Assembly (NCBI RefSeq): GCF_001194135.2
Contig: NC_068995.1
Location: forward strand, 56,086,166-56,150,165
Length of the DNA: 64,000 nt
DNA from: Octopus bimaculoides
Taxonomy: Eukaryota
Reading direction: 5' to 3'
The notes beneath the pieces are model-generated. The model saw only the letters and a list, made by a program, of their open reading frames with translations. It ran no database searches and was not told the origin of the DNA. This document shows, piece after piece, positions 11,649 through 25,384 of the stretch (positions are counted from its first letter, which is position 1; each line of letters starts with the position of its first letter). Made by a program: the position numbers and the translations under genes.

Positions 11649-12472
11649 CTGCATCCATTGAAGATATCAGGAAAAAAGAAGAGGAAAAAAACAATCAGAA
11701 CTCATAAAAATATGTTATTTCATGTGGCTGTGAATTACAATGGTACGATTTATTATGTAGAAATAATGTATATGTTTGTTTTTTTCTACCCTTAAACCTT
11801 ATTTTGGTTATCTGAGGAATAAAAAAAAGAAAGAACCCACAGATGTAGGGTTTAGGGATATTCTCGGTGGTTCCATCATCCAAAGTGGCTCTTAAGAATT
11901 TATATAACACCTCAATGCAATGATGAGCTGAATTGAAATTCCTCAGAGCTTAAGTACAAACTGGTAAACAAAAACAAAAAAACTCCATTGATATTATCCT
12001 TAAAGAGAAGAAACCAAAGCTGTTGTATTTTGGAATGTGATGATAAACACAAAGACAGTTTATAAATACTTTGAGGATTTCTTTAAAAGGTTTCATTTAA
12101 TTTAGCAGCACCAATTTTTCCCAAATTAACCATAGTCACCAGCACAGAATATATATTTGATGTTGATAAAACAGAAGAATGGGGAATAAATCAGAGGATT
12201 ATGGTTCTGTTCCTCAATACAAACAGTTCTTGCTGTAAGTATATTGTTCTAAAGCAGCATCAAAACAAGGATTCTTGAAATCCAGGATAAACTAGCAATT
12301 GTTCTGTTCTAAGGCTCAGAAAGTGAGGTTTTAGTTATCAAAAGGAATAGCAATCTCCAATCACAAACTGACCATTTTATTATGATGCCATAACAATTGG
12401 AGCAGCCACAGTAACAATGCACATTCTACAACAACTATAATAATGGTAACAACTGAAGCATAACAAATATAC

Positions 12473-12557
12473 CTTTAAAGAAATCCCAGTCTTCAGAGAG
12501 AGTTTTCTGAATCTGAAGAACTTCCTTTGACAGAGAACTGACTTCCAATTCTTTTAT
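12473..12557 (-). CDS. WDR4: WDR4 penultimate coding exon (85 nt, phase 0 to 1): IKELEVSSLSKEVLQIQKTLSEDWDFFK
   Basis: Acceptor ttcaaattttag|ATA and donor TTTAAAG|gtatat; phases match both neighbours. Too short to appear in the ORF track. Confidence 0.88.
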
Positions 12558-13287
12558 CTAAAATTTGAACAGAAATATAAAAAAAAAGTCAAACATTTAA
12601 GAAATTAATCAATAATGGATCTTTGTTTTCACAAACATCAGACCACAGAAGGATTTTAAATAGCTACGGGGTGTATAGAGAAGAGAGTCTATGAGACTAG
12701 TTAGTATAGGAATGGACTGTATAGATATGGTATAACATTAGAGTAGAATATATAAGGCTGCGTCGTATATGAAGGAAGAGACATAGAGTAACAATAGAAA
12801 GTATAATCATGACTAAATTGTGAAAATAACGTTGGCAGGGATGTTAGAGCATTGTTTAGAGCGTCTCGTTTCAGTTGTTCTGATTCTCAATGCACTGAGT
12901 TCAAATCCTGTCAAAGCCAACTTTGCTTTCCATCGTTTTAAATTTTTTTGTGGTGTCTGTGGGGAGGGTGTGATAAGAAAAATGACCAATTGAGGATGAT
13001 GGTTTGACAGAATCATTACATCAGACAGAATGCCTCACAGTAATGGTTCCAGCTCTTTGAATTCTGATGGTAAACACTACAATGACAATGGTGTCATGCT
13101 ATTGCAACCGTTGTCTTTTGTCTGATCAACATTGGCGACATAGCTAGGTCTTCCAGAAAACTACCTTGCCGAAGTTTGCATCTTAGGGAGGAACTTTCTC
13201 ATTGCAGAAATTTATACTCAGACATGAATGACAGTGGTTCTATGTCGAGAAAATATTGGATTGTTCTTCCCAATGTTATTTAGAGAA

Positions 13288-13602
13288 GGCACATGGCTTA
13301 GTGGTCAGGATATTTGTCTCATGATCATAAAGTCATGAGTTCAATCCCTGGTGGCATATCGTGTCCTTGAGCAAGACACTTTATTTCATGTGGCCCCAAT
13401 TCACTCAGCTAGAAAAAAATGAGTTATACCTGTAATTCAAAGGGCCATCCTTGTCACATTGTGTGTCAAGTTGAATCTCTTTAAGAACTACATAAAGGTC
13501 ATGCATGTCTGTGGAGTACTCAGCCACTTATATGTTAATTTCATGAGTAGGCTATTCAGAAGACAGGATCAAATGGAACCTTCATTTTTGTAACTGATGG
13601 AG
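13288..13602 (+). mobile_element. SINE family B, uninterrupted copy
   Basis: tggcttagtggtcagg...gagttcaatccc...gtccttgagcaagacac...gtctgtggagtactcagcc. Confidence 0.82.
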
Positions 13603-14299
13603 TTTTTTTTCCAATGTTATTTGAATTAACACAAAAATATTTTTATTGTAGTGTTTTATTGTGTTATATGTAGCTCTATTTTTCCTACACAACTTTTGTC
13701 AATCATTTTTTAAATTAGAATAAATTTTACCTTTTTTTTTTTCCGACATTTGACAATGGTGAGCCAACCAGACAAAAAAAAAAAAACAAAAATACAAAAA
13801 ACAAATTTATCTCATGACAACCAAGTAAGATCGAAAATTTTGGCCAGACTGGTAGTTGTCTTCAGAATTTCAGGAGCAAGGTGGATTGTATGGTTTAATA
13901 TGGAATGGATAAGCACACACACACACAAGCAAAAACCGCTGATTTTATTAGTCTAAGTGATAAAACAGAAAGTTATTGGTTGAACTCAAACTTTATTTTC
14001 TTAGATTACTAATCTAATACTGAATTTATGTCACATGAAATAACAATTTTGAAAGTTAAAAGTCAACTTCTTCGCTTTTCAACAATAAGATTAAATCCAT
14101 TTCAAACAGAAAACAATGAGTGTGTGTGTGTATTCGTTACTAGCAATGAAAGTAATATTAGTTCAAACTAGCAACCAAGATGTCACATGTAAAGAATATA
14201 TACAGTTGAAAGCCTTCTAAACTGCAATATTTATATCAAGAAAGCATCTCTTTTTAATGTATAGTGTTAAAAAAAAGACAGAAATACATCAGCTGATCT

Positions 14300-14440
14300 G
14301 GTATCAAATAAAAAGCACTCATTACACTCTATAAAGTGGTTGGCATTAGGAAGGGCATCCTTGTGTGGCCCTTGACCATACCAGCTCCAGTTAAACTGTC
14401 CAACCCATGCTAGCATAGAAAATGGACATTAAATGATGAA
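14300..14440 (+). mobile_element. RTE-associated 3' tail ending in (ATG)n
   Basis: ggttggcattaggaagggcatcc...ccaacccatgctagcat..aaaatggacattaaatgatga. Shares taaaaagcac with the UTR of the 14925-15362 fragment. Confidence 0.7.
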
Positions 14441-14599
14441 TCTATATGACAAGATCTCTTGAGATGAAAAGTATGTTTGACTTTCAATCATGTATGTGTG
14501 TATGTATACATATACACATATATACAGTATTATATATCCATTATGGTAATTATGTAACCTGGCACTCTTCAGAGGTAGTTGTTATGGAATATGACGATA

Positions 14600-14905
14600 T
14601 ATACACACTCACACATACTAGCAGCAGAGAAGGTTGTAAAGAAAGTGTAATTGCTAGAATAAGAATAGGATGGAGAAAGTTGAGAGGACTTTTACTTCTG
14701 TTGGCAATGAAAGGTTTTTCTCTCTGAGTGAAGGGAAGATTGTATGATGCACGTGTAGGAACTGCAATGCTGCATGGTAGTGAGATGTGGGCCTGGGATG
14801 TGGAGGACATGTCAAGGCTGGAGAGGAATGAAGCTGGTATGCTCCACTGGACATGTGATGTCAGTGAGCATGTACAACAGAGCACTGGTGTATTGAGAGA
14901 GAGAA
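14600..14905 (+). mobile_element. RTE-clade LINE fragment (end of RT region), decayed
   Basis: Translation ARIRIGWRKLRGLL...KGRLYDARVGTAMLHGSEMW...RLERNEAGMLHW matches the RTE pattern KGxLYxxxVxxAMLxGSETW. Confidence 0.85.
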
Positions 14906-14924
14906 GTTCCAATCTGTTTTAGCA

Positions 14925-15362
14925 AGGATTCACCTGCATGAGTGCTGCTATGTGACATTGGTACAAGTGCTTTTTATGTGGCACTGGCACAAGACTCTTG
15001 CAGGCCAATCCCCTTCATCAGCAGCAGTGGCATTAACACTTCTGGAGGATGGGTCTGCTTGAGGACAGCAGATATCTCGGTCCTTTGTCATCTCCCCCCA
15101 TAAAGTTCAGTGTCCTCAGGTTGTCCTTCAATATTTTATTCCATGTCTTCCTGGGTTTCCCTCTTCCACAAGTTTCATCCCCTTTGATTGACTGGCACTT
15201 CTTTATGGCGCTGTCCATATCCATCCTCATCACATGACCAAACCAGCACAGTCGCATCTCTTGCACTCTGCATCTAATTCCTCTTGTGCCTAACTTTTCT
15301 CTCTGTTGCACATGTACACTTACGTTACGCATCCAGCAGAACATACCAGCTTCTTTCCTCTC
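14925..15362 (-). mobile_element. RTE-clade LINE ORF C-terminus plus start of 3' UTR
   Basis: Translation RLCWFGHVMRMD...GRGKPRKTW matches the RTE C-terminal RLxWFGHVxR...RGRPxKTW pattern. Confidence 0.85.
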
Positions 15363-16339
15363 TATATATACATACACATATTTATGTATATGTATGTTTT
15401 ATTTAAATGGAATAAAAGTGAAATACACATTTGAAATATATTTACTAAAAGTTTTACAAATCAATAAAAAAAGTTCGCAAGTAAAATTGTAGTATGTTTT
15501 TGTTTTCTGTTTTTAATAAATTCATTTATCAAAGTTTAGTTTCAAAGAGGTTTCCTGTAAACTAGAGAGAGAGGGTGTGAGTGCAACATGGTTTGTTATA
15601 TTATGATTATGACTGTCAATATGTAATGAAAAGCCAAAGGAGAAAGCTCTATAATGAATGGAAATGCGTAAGAAAAATAATGATGTACAACTCACTAATC
15701 ATTAATATATATACATACAGGTGAGTCCTTAAATGAGCATGCATACATCTGCAATTACACACACACCTATATATCTATACACATACACACATATATATTT
15801 ATGTATATACATATAGATAAACATATAGATATAGACACATGTATGTGAATGCTTATGATGTATGTAATAAAAGAAAATGAGAATACATATTTATACACTG
15901 AGAAACACAACAAAAACATGAAAATACCCCAAAAACAGTCTTTACAGAGACATTTGCTCATCACATCCGTCTACAGTTCTTCACACACACAAACAAACAA
16001 ACATAAGCACATACACAAATCTGCAATAAGTACCATTGTCTTTTCATCAAGAAACCAGCTCAACAAGGGAGGCATTCCACTTGTCCATAATTTTCACTTT
16101 CTTAAAACCTATTGATAGTTGAAAACAGAAACGCTAACAAAAAACTGCGAGGAAAACCACACAAAATCTTCTTTAAACGCTGGTGATTCAGGTTCCATGC
16201 TGGTTGTGTTATTTGTAACAAAGGGTCTTTCACCACAGACTCCATTGTTGTGTAAGAAACTCCTCTTCAACTGCCTACTTAAGTGTCTGGTTTATAGGTG
16301 TGTTTTTCTTGTCAGTTTGTGTGCGTGTGTTTTTAATAT

Positions 16340-16432
16340 ATACATATGTATGCATATATGTGTGTGTCTATGTATTTATGTATATATATGTATGTATTTA
16401 TATATATATATATATATGTACATATATATGTA

Positions 16433-16517
<85 letters not shown>

Positions 16518-16640
16518 TTATATATATATATATATACACACACATATATTTATGTATTATACATAAATATACATGTATACATAAATATACATGTATATAT
16601 ATGTATGTTTATATACATGTATTTACGTGTGTATGTATTA
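16340..16640. repeat. (TA)n/(TG)n compound microsatellite; similar tracts at 10950-11150, 19340-19545, 22165-22495, 35095-35480, 40220-40780, 47340-47640, 59200-59700 and 61570-61850
   Basis: Visible directly; source of the YIYI/VCVC pseudo-ORFs. Confidence 0.95.
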
Positions 16641-17827
16641 CTTTTTCATGTTTATGCTATACCATGACAAGCTTACTACTTTGAAACATTCTAGAATTTT
16701 TCAAAATAGTCAAAAAAAAAAAAACTTAAACCAACAACAACAACTACAAGACACAAAGAAAGTAACAACAACAATAATTAAAGAAAATCAAACATCCACA
16801 ACAAACAAGAGAAAAGTTTCAAAAAGCAAGACAAAAGGCCCAAGGCACTTTTAATTGACGATCTGACATAATGCTACCTGAATTAAGCACATGTCAGAAG
16901 TAAGGACTTGGTGAATTTTCTATGTCCACTTCACCAATAAAAATAATAACATATACTTCATCGTGCATGTACCTGCCTTGTCTTTGCTGGGTATTTATAT
17001 TTTTACAATGACAATTCATCAGCCACTTGGCACACACTGCATGAAAATGTCAAGGCCATTCTTTGGCCCACTTGACGCACATTGAATAGGTTAGTAGTAG
17101 ACATTTATCTATCAGTAATTGGAATTATGAGATAAGATTTTAAAAGACAGCAATGAAAAGAATAAGAAGAAACATGCAACAGAGAAGAAGAAGGACGTGA
17201 GGAAGAAAGAGAAAGAGATGCTACCATGTTTAAGTGTCCAAGCGAGGAGCATTTCAAAAACAAATGACTTAAGGCTATTCTCTGCTAAACCATTGTTTCT
17301 TTTCATGCGATGGAGTAAATTACACACAGAGATACACACATAGAAAAGTGCACTTAAACACAAGTATACACATACATACACAACCAGGAAAGCACACAGA
17401 TCCATGAACATTTATACAAGAGTATACAGCATATATATACACACACACCAACATATATGCACACACAGGTGCACAGGCATTCACACATATACACTTGCAT
17501 ACACAAACACACAAATATAAACACATTTAAACACACAAGCAGAAAGATATATAGATTCAGGAAAATGTATGCTAGTATACACACTCACATTCGCAAAATA
17601 CATCTACATATAGTGTGTGCGTGTGTGTGTATGTGTATATATATATATATATATATACGCACATATGCATACAGGTAGGTGATAAATGCCAACAAACAAA
17701 CTCTTGGCCCTTGAGTCACTCTGTTGCTTCTGCTAAATATTAATCTCTCTTTCTTTTTCTCTCTGGATACACACACACACTATAAGCATGTATAAACACA
17801 CATGCACACGCACACATATATACATGC

Positions 17828-17859
<32 letters not shown>

Positions 17860-17876
17860 GCAGAGGCATACACCTA

Positions 17877-18262
17877 TTCTTTTACTTGTTTCAGTCATTT
17901 AACTGGTGCCATGCTGGAGCACTACATTTTACTTGAAGAAATCGACCCCAGGACTTATTCTTTGTCAGCCTGGTACTTATTCTATTGGTCTCTTTTGCTG
18001 AATTGCTAATGTTACGGGGACATAAACGCAACAACACTGGTTGTCAAGCGATGGGGTGGGTGGGAGGTGACACAAAGACACACACATAAGTATATACATA
18101 TATATATGACAGGCTCCTTTCAGTTTCCGTCTGCCAAATCCACTCACAAGAATTTGGTCTACCTGAGGCCATAATAGGTGACATTTGCCCAAGTTGCCAC
18201 ACAGTTGAACTGAACCCAGAACCATGGGGTTGGGAAGCAAGCTTCTTACCACACAGCCATGC
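17877..18262 (-). mobile_element. SINE family A, near full length
   Basis: Runs from tail ttcttttacttgtttcagtcattt to head ccacacagccatgcc. Confidence 0.85.
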
Positions 18263-19348
18263 CTGTACCTGTTCATAATATACACACACATATAGTGTGT
18301 GTTTGTGTGTGAATACATTTATTTATATGCACACATCTTTATACATTCTACACACATATATCTTTACACAGAAAAAACACATATTCACGTGTACAAACAT
18401 ACACACACATAGACAGAATTCCACACACACACATTGGTAAATTTTCATACCTTGGCATCTGAAGCAGCTGGAGATACGATAGTTTGACCAAAAGAACTGA
18501 CTATTGCAAGCAAAATTAAATATTGAAAAAGAATGCATTTGGCCAAATTAGGACATACAACAGTTTGACATAATAGCAACGATACACAGACTGACACTGA
18601 CAGACACACATGTATATAAATAGGATGATCATGACCGAATCACTTTCCATCGTAAGTAGACCTAGGGTTTAACATTAGCAACAACAATGTCATCAGATGA
18701 ATATGCGGAAGAAAAGGGGGGGGGGGGTGAGAAAGAGAGAGGATGAAAAGAAAGCGAGAAAACAAGGTATATATATATATATATATATAAAAAATGAAGT
18801 ACGAGCAACACCAATCTTGGATTAATGAGTTCTTATTTACCAGTTCTTCTTCCCCACATCATTTCTAGCTTCAAAACGAGATTTACAAATTCTGATATGA
18901 GAGAAATAGAAATATTTCCATGTAACAATTCCAGAAGCTGGCATCATGCTATGGGGAGGTAAAGTTGCCAAATCAATAGCTTATGGAATTTCAGAGACCA
19001 TATCTTTAAGAATTATTGCCATTGATCCTTTTTCTACTGATAATTGAATAATTAAACAAAAGAAACTAAACAACAACACAAAAAATATTTTTAAAAATAA
19101 AAGAAAGAATTATATTTAAACTGATTAAAAATTAGTTTAACCGAAAGGTGTTATTCGGCAATTTAAAGACTTGATATTTCCATGTTCATGATTTCTCTAC
19201 CGGATTTTTTTCTCTTGTTATTTTCTTTTTGGAATGTGTCAAGTTATCAATAAAGAATTATTGATCTATTGATCAGTTATCTGATTTAAGAATCATAGTT
19301 GTAGTTCTTTTTGAGGTTTTTTTAAAAAGTTTATTTCATATATATATA

Positions 19349-19425
<77 letters not shown>

Positions 19426-19743
19426 ATATATTTATATCTGTATATACATATGTGTGTGCATATATATATATATATATATACACACATACATATATACTTA
19501 CATATACACACACACGCACATACATATCTATATATACACACATACACACAAGTAGCCAGTTATTGTATATTTTATAATGGAAATGCTTCAACACTTATAT
19601 AACACCAGGAAGAGGAAGGGGGGGATTGAAGTGGAATATTCCTCTGACATTGGTGATGTGTAGATATGAAACCATGTATTATAAAGATTGTGGAGTGTGT
19701 GTGTGTATATATGTATGTATGTAGTTATGTGTATATAAGCACA

Positions 19744-19890
19744 GGTGTGGCTGTGTGGTTAAGTTGTTTGCTAAGCAGCCATGTGGTTTTGGGTTCAGTT
19801 CCAATGTGTAGCATTTTGGACAAGTGTCTTTTCTTACAGCGCCATCCCTGGTTGACCAAAGCCTTGTGAGCACATTTGGTGAGCAGAAAG
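19744..19890 (+). mobile_element. SINE family A 5' part
   Basis: gtggctgtgtggttaag...gggttcagttcc...gaccaaagccttgtgag. Confidence 0.75.
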
Positions 19891-20799
19891 GGGAAGACTG
19901 TAAATGTGTGTGTGTGTGTGAAAGAGAGAGAGACAGGCAGAGAAGTAGAGAGAGAGAGAAGTAGAGAAAGGGCACATGTGTATGTTTGTGTGCTTGTTTA
20001 TAGCTTGTCAAGCAAACAACAGAGAGAAAGGGGAAGAAAGAGAGAAAAGATGGAAGGAGGAGAAGAAAGAGAGAGAAGAGGAGGGACAAGGAATGAGGGG
20101 AGGAGACAGGAGGAGAGATAGTGAGAGGGAGAAGGGGGTGAGAGAGATTATAAAATGATTGGATAACTCAATGAAGAGAATTATCAAGATTATCATTAAA
20201 AAAAATTGAAACAGTTAACTCTCTCAGGAATTGAACCTACAACTTACTGTACAAATAGAATGTTGTCTATCTAGCAGTTCTATATTTGAGAAGAAAATAA
20301 CAGCATGTAATGAAGCACATATGGAGGCATTTATTCCTGCCAATGGTATCTCATTATACTTGTGATGAAATCTCATCAGACATCAAAGACCTACTGTCAA
20401 AATCTGTTTGATTTATATGCCAAAAAGTGTACAGACCATTCCTGAAGCCACTTTATAAATAGCCTGAATGTTGACCGCTCTGTAGAGATTGGCTGGAGAT
20501 GTGACAGAAATTCATGCCTCATGGCATTGCGATTTTGTGACAAATCTTAATATGTCTTTCAATTTTTTTCTCCCCATTTTCTCTGTGACACATCAAATGA
20601 GATACAAGAGGAATCTCACTTATAATTTGATGTGGTCTTATGCTTAAAAAAAGCAATGATAGTGTTTCAAGATTCAACCCCAGAGATTACTAATTCAGGA
20701 AAAAATATCTAACAGAATAAACCTGTGGGAGAATCAATAAGTAATCAGTTGCATCTGCTAGAAATAGCAGCCAAATTTCACTGCATATGACATCGATTC

Positions 20800-21040
20800 A
20801 TCATTATCATTATAATGTCCACTTTTTCATGCTTGCTTGGGTCACACTGAGTTTATTAAGGTAAATTTTCTACAGCAGGATGCCTTTCCTGTTGCCAACC
20901 CTCACCTGATTCCAGGCAAAATAATATTTCCCCATGACCAGACATGTTTTTGCAATATATTGGAAATGAATGACACTTCTTGTATGACAGTGACTGTCAT
21001 TTACATCTATCACACGAGTCCAAGACAAGGAAACACAAAC
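20800..21040 (-). mobile_element. RTE-tail-type non-autonomous repeat (variant also at ~835-975, ~23385-23600, ~45630-45740 and ~55485-55678)
   Basis: caggatgcctttcctgttgccaaccctcacc...tgtatgacagtgac is shared among copies. Confidence 0.6.
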
Positions 21041-21054
21041 CTCTACACACACAC

Positions 21055-21212
21055 GATAGGCTTCTTTTCAGCTTCCGTCTACCAAATCCACTCACAAGGT
21101 TTTGGTCAGCCCGAGGCTATAGTAGAAGACACTTGCCCAAGGTGTCACACCGTGGAACTGAAACTGGAACCATGTGGTTGGTAAGCAAGCTACTTACCAC
21201 ACAGCCACGCCT
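21055..21212 (-). mobile_element. SINE family A 5' part
   Basis: ttccgtctaccaaatccactcacaagg...accacacagccacgcc. Confidence 0.8.
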
Positions 21213-21231
21213 GCTTAATGGCATTTCTTCA

Positions 21232-21605
21232 GGTAAGCTGGCTTAATTGGCAGTTCACTGGTCAAAATCTTTAGCACCATTTTGTCCATTTTTATGTTCC
21301 AATTGCCACAAGGTTGACTTTGCCGTTCATTCTTCCAGGGTAAATAAAATAAGTACCGGTTGCATACTGGGGTCGATGTAGTAGAGACGTTTATTATCAT
21401 TGTTATTATTAGTAGTAGTACTAATAGTTACAAATAACTTGTTTTGGAATTAAAATCATACCAACATCAATTTTTCTCCTTCATCCTGACAGGTTGATTA
21501 AGATTAAATACCAGTTAGATATTGGGATTAATTTGATTGACTAATTACTTACTACTCCCCCTGGCACCAAATTTCTGTCCTTGTGCCTATTTCGCAAACG
21601 ATTAT
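21232..21605 (+). mobile_element. Two degenerate SINE family C copies in tandem
   Basis: Share ggttgactttgcc...taagtaccggttgcatactggggtcgatg and the tail ccttgtgcctat...gattatt. Confidence 0.65.
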
Positions 21606-21845
21606 TAGCTTGTATATTCTTCAGAATATGACCAAAGCAAAGTTAGAGAACTCAACACTGTAACAGTAAAATATAATGGTTGGCATGAAGATCTTGTGAG
21701 AGGGAAACGTATTTTATTTCATTTTTTAAATATAATTTAAAGTATTAAGTTCGTTATTGTTTAACTGGTCGCTTTAGTCTTTTGATTAAGAACCTTAAAC
21801 ACATGTACATAAACACATAAACACATATATATACATACAAGTGTA

Positions 21846-21902
<57 letters not shown>

Positions 21903-21914
21903 CTGTTATGTGGC

Positions 21915-22150
21915 TCTCCTTGTTCCAGTTAATTTAATAAATCCATCATGTTTGTCCCTTTCGAATTTAATTAGACATCCTAATCCTGTATAATCTAATT
22001 AAGGCTCTTTGTGTCCCTAGAATTTAATTAAATCTCCTCGTCGTTCTACATAATTTAAAGCCACCTTGTCCTTTAGAATTTAATTAGATCACGCAGCTCT
22101 GCATAACTTACATAAACTTGCATATGATCTCTGAATATAATTAATTATAA
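21915..22150. repeat. Degenerate ~30-bp tandem repeat (about 8 units)
   Basis: Recurring tcc(c/t)nn.gaatttaatta core at ~21955, ~22014 and ~22069, with more diverged units between. Confidence 0.65.
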
Positions 22151-22206
22151 ACAGAACAGAACAGTATATATGTATGTATGTGTATATATACATATATATA
22201 TATATG

Positions 22207-22295
<89 letters not shown>

Positions 22296-22329
22296 ATATA
22301 TATATATATATATGTATGTGTATATATAC

Positions 22330-22366
<37 letters not shown>

Positions 22367-22985
22367 TATATGAGTGTATATACACATATATATATATGCA
22401 TGAAAATATGTATGTGTGGCATATATATAATCATGTATGCTGTATGTGTGAGTGTGTGTGTATATATATATATGTGTGTGTGTATATATATTGTAGATAT
22501 TTTTTATTATTTTCCTTAAACAAAAAAACATTACATGACAAAATATAAAGACAATCTTTAGAGTATTGTGTTATAAATTTGTCTTTAAGACAGGGCAATA
22601 ATTAGGTTAAAATTTACAGTTATGTGTCTATAGACAAGCCTATAGTGATTGTCAAGCCCGTAGCCCTTTAAGCTATCACTTTATTTTGACAGTTTTAACT
22701 AGGAGTAAAAATCTGACGGAAAGAAATTATTTTTTTCCAAAATTTTTTTCCTTTTTATTATTTTGATATGTTAGTACAATTCAATTTTAATTTGAATCAC
22801 TCTTTTTTTTTTTAATTTGGATTGTTTACAAGGATGATGATGCTGAGGATGATAGTAATGATGATGATGATGGTGGTGGTGGTGGTGATTATGATATTAA
22901 CACTAATAGATTAAGTGTGATGAACACCTCCAGTCTTAGCTGCAAAATTAAATGTTAGTATGGAGAATACATTCAAAGACATGTA

Positions 22986-23023
<38 letters not shown>

Positions 23024-23753
23024 TGCATATGCATACATACATGTATGGACATGTTCACAGCCACATAAATGTATACAACATGTGAAAAAAACCTGACAGA
23101 AGGTTCTGAATTCATTAATGTAGCGATGGACAAAGAATGGACTTTGAGATGGAGCCGAACCGTACAATGATGACAAAGTGATTTGGTGTTTTGCAGTTAC
23201 CAAAACGCAAACATGTATTCTATGAGTCATAACTATACTCAAACCTCCCCCACACCCCACTTCTCTCTCTAAAGGACTTTTAGTCAAATATTCACATCTC
23301 CATCCAAATTTACAATATTTACTTAAAAACCAATTCGACTGAGCAAGTCAGTATTTTATGGTGAACGATACAACTGTAAGTCGTGGCAAATGACACGGTC
23401 ATCATCGTTGTCATCATCATCATCAGCAGCAGTGGCATCATCATCATCATCATTATTGTTTTAATGTCAATATTCTTGTTGTTGACCCCCACCTGTTTCC
23501 AATCCAAAGAAATATTTTCCCCTGACCAGATATGATATAAACATCTCTATCATACATCACTTGTATAGATATGGTGACTGATAGAATAAGAGCAAGGCTT
23601 GAAAAAGAAAAAAATGGTGGGGTTGATTTCTTCAACTAAGATTCTTCAATGCAGTGCTCCAGCATGGGCACGGGCTGATGACTGAAACAAGTAAAAAATA
23701 TAAGACAATACACTCTCTCTCTCTCTCTCTCTCTTATTAATGTAAATAAATAC

Positions 23754-23958
23754 CTTGAATGTATCAGCATCCCCATCTTCAGGAAGATAGTTGAAGATAG
23801 CTACAGGTTTCTCTTGCAATGGAAGCAGAACCCAGAGAGAAGAATCTGGTCCGAACTGGACGTCCCAAGGCACACAGGGTAAGTTATGGTCATCCTGAAG
23901 ACTAATGCAAAGTGTCTTTTCCTCTCTGGTGACTTTGTACACCTGAAGAACTGAGGAA
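23754..23958 (-). CDS. WDR4: WDR4 internal coding exon (205 nt, phase 2 to 0): SSVLQVYKV...VPWDVQFGPDSSLWVLLPLQEKPVAIF...DTFK
   Basis: Acceptor cttcttttctattgttttgcag|T and donor TTCAAG|gtattt; lies within supplied ORF 23646..24041. WDVQF..LWVL aligns with recalled human VWDVAFEETQGLWVL. Confidence 0.93.
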
Positions 23959-24091
23959 CTGCAAAACAATAGAAAAGAAGGTTTGTATTCCGAGGCCTTT
24001 GAACAGAAACATTGTCTTTGATATTCCGTTTGTGTCGACAACGAAAGGCTTTGTCTGAGTCAACGAGAGATGTTATTTATGTTGATAAAAG

Positions 24092-24300
24092 ATTTCTTTT
24101 CTACTCTAGGCACAAGGCCAGCAATTTTGGGGGAGGAGGGACAGTCGATTAGATTCACCCCAGTATGCAACTGGTACTTAATTTAACGAGGATGAAAGGC
24201 AAAGTCGACCTCAGCAGAATTTGAACTCAGAGCGTAAAGGCAGACGAAATACCACTAAGCATTTCACCCGGCATGTCTACGTTTCTGCCAGCTCTACTCC
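24092..24300 (-). mobile_element. tRNA-headed SINE family C (sense head gagctggcagaaacgttagc...gagttcaaattc)
   Basis: Core gatgaaaggcaaagtcgacctc..gaatttgaactcaga is shared with many copies in the window. Confidence 0.85.
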
Positions 24301-25014
24301 CTTATGTTGATAAAAGATTTGTTAAGTCATTAACCAAGACCATTGTTTTCTTCAGCAAAACACTTCACTCCACATCACTGCAGTTGACTCCACTCTCAAT
24401 GAGATATGGATTAGCACGTGATTCAGGAGTAATGTCGAGATCTTGGTTACTTAGGCTCCATGGAAAGTGGGTACCTGACCTTATAAGATTTAGGGCTTGA
24501 AACAATGCTTATGATGATGATGGTGATAACCATGTAAAACAGGTACCGAAAGAAGGCTTAGGGGTTATAATGGCTGAAACGCCATGATTTTAACAACCAA
24601 GATGAGTACACCAGTCCATACATATATATCAATGTATAACAAACTAGAATTGTCCTTTAGTTCCACTGATAATAACTTTGATACTCTCAAAGACTTGCTT
24701 ATTTTTATGATAAAAACTTTCAAAGAAATTAGAGGTTTGGTTAAAGAATGATAGATAAAAGGAAAAAAACAGTTGCAAGATTCAAACAACTCCATCAGCA
24801 ATTTGATTTTAAAACAACTTATTATTCTTATATTCTGCCAACTGCAACTAGAAGTCAATGAAATGGTCTGTTGCACACAATCTGGTCTGTTGCACATCAT
24901 GCTTTTGTTCCGAGAAAAATGTCAGATCGGTATTTTTCGAAGGCATTTTTTAGAAAAGTTCTTGCAATTATAGAAACAAGAGAATCTGCCATTTATTTAT
25001 TTTGATTGGTGATG

Positions 25015-25061
<47 letters not shown>

Positions 25062-25346
25062 AAATATATATATATGGGATATATGTATGTAATAAGTGTG
25101 TGTATATGGTGGGGTGGTGGTTGTTGTTGTTTATGAATATGTGTGCATGTGATGAGAGCAGTGTGTGGGGTATGCGAAAAGGAACTTCAAAATAGACAAT
25201 ACATACATACACACACACACACACACATGTGTGTGTATATGTATACATATATGTATGTATATAAGAATGCTTATATATATATATATATATATGTGCATGT
25301 GTGTATTACATATAAATATATGTATCTATGTACATATATGTATGTA

Positions 25347-25384
<38 letters not shown>

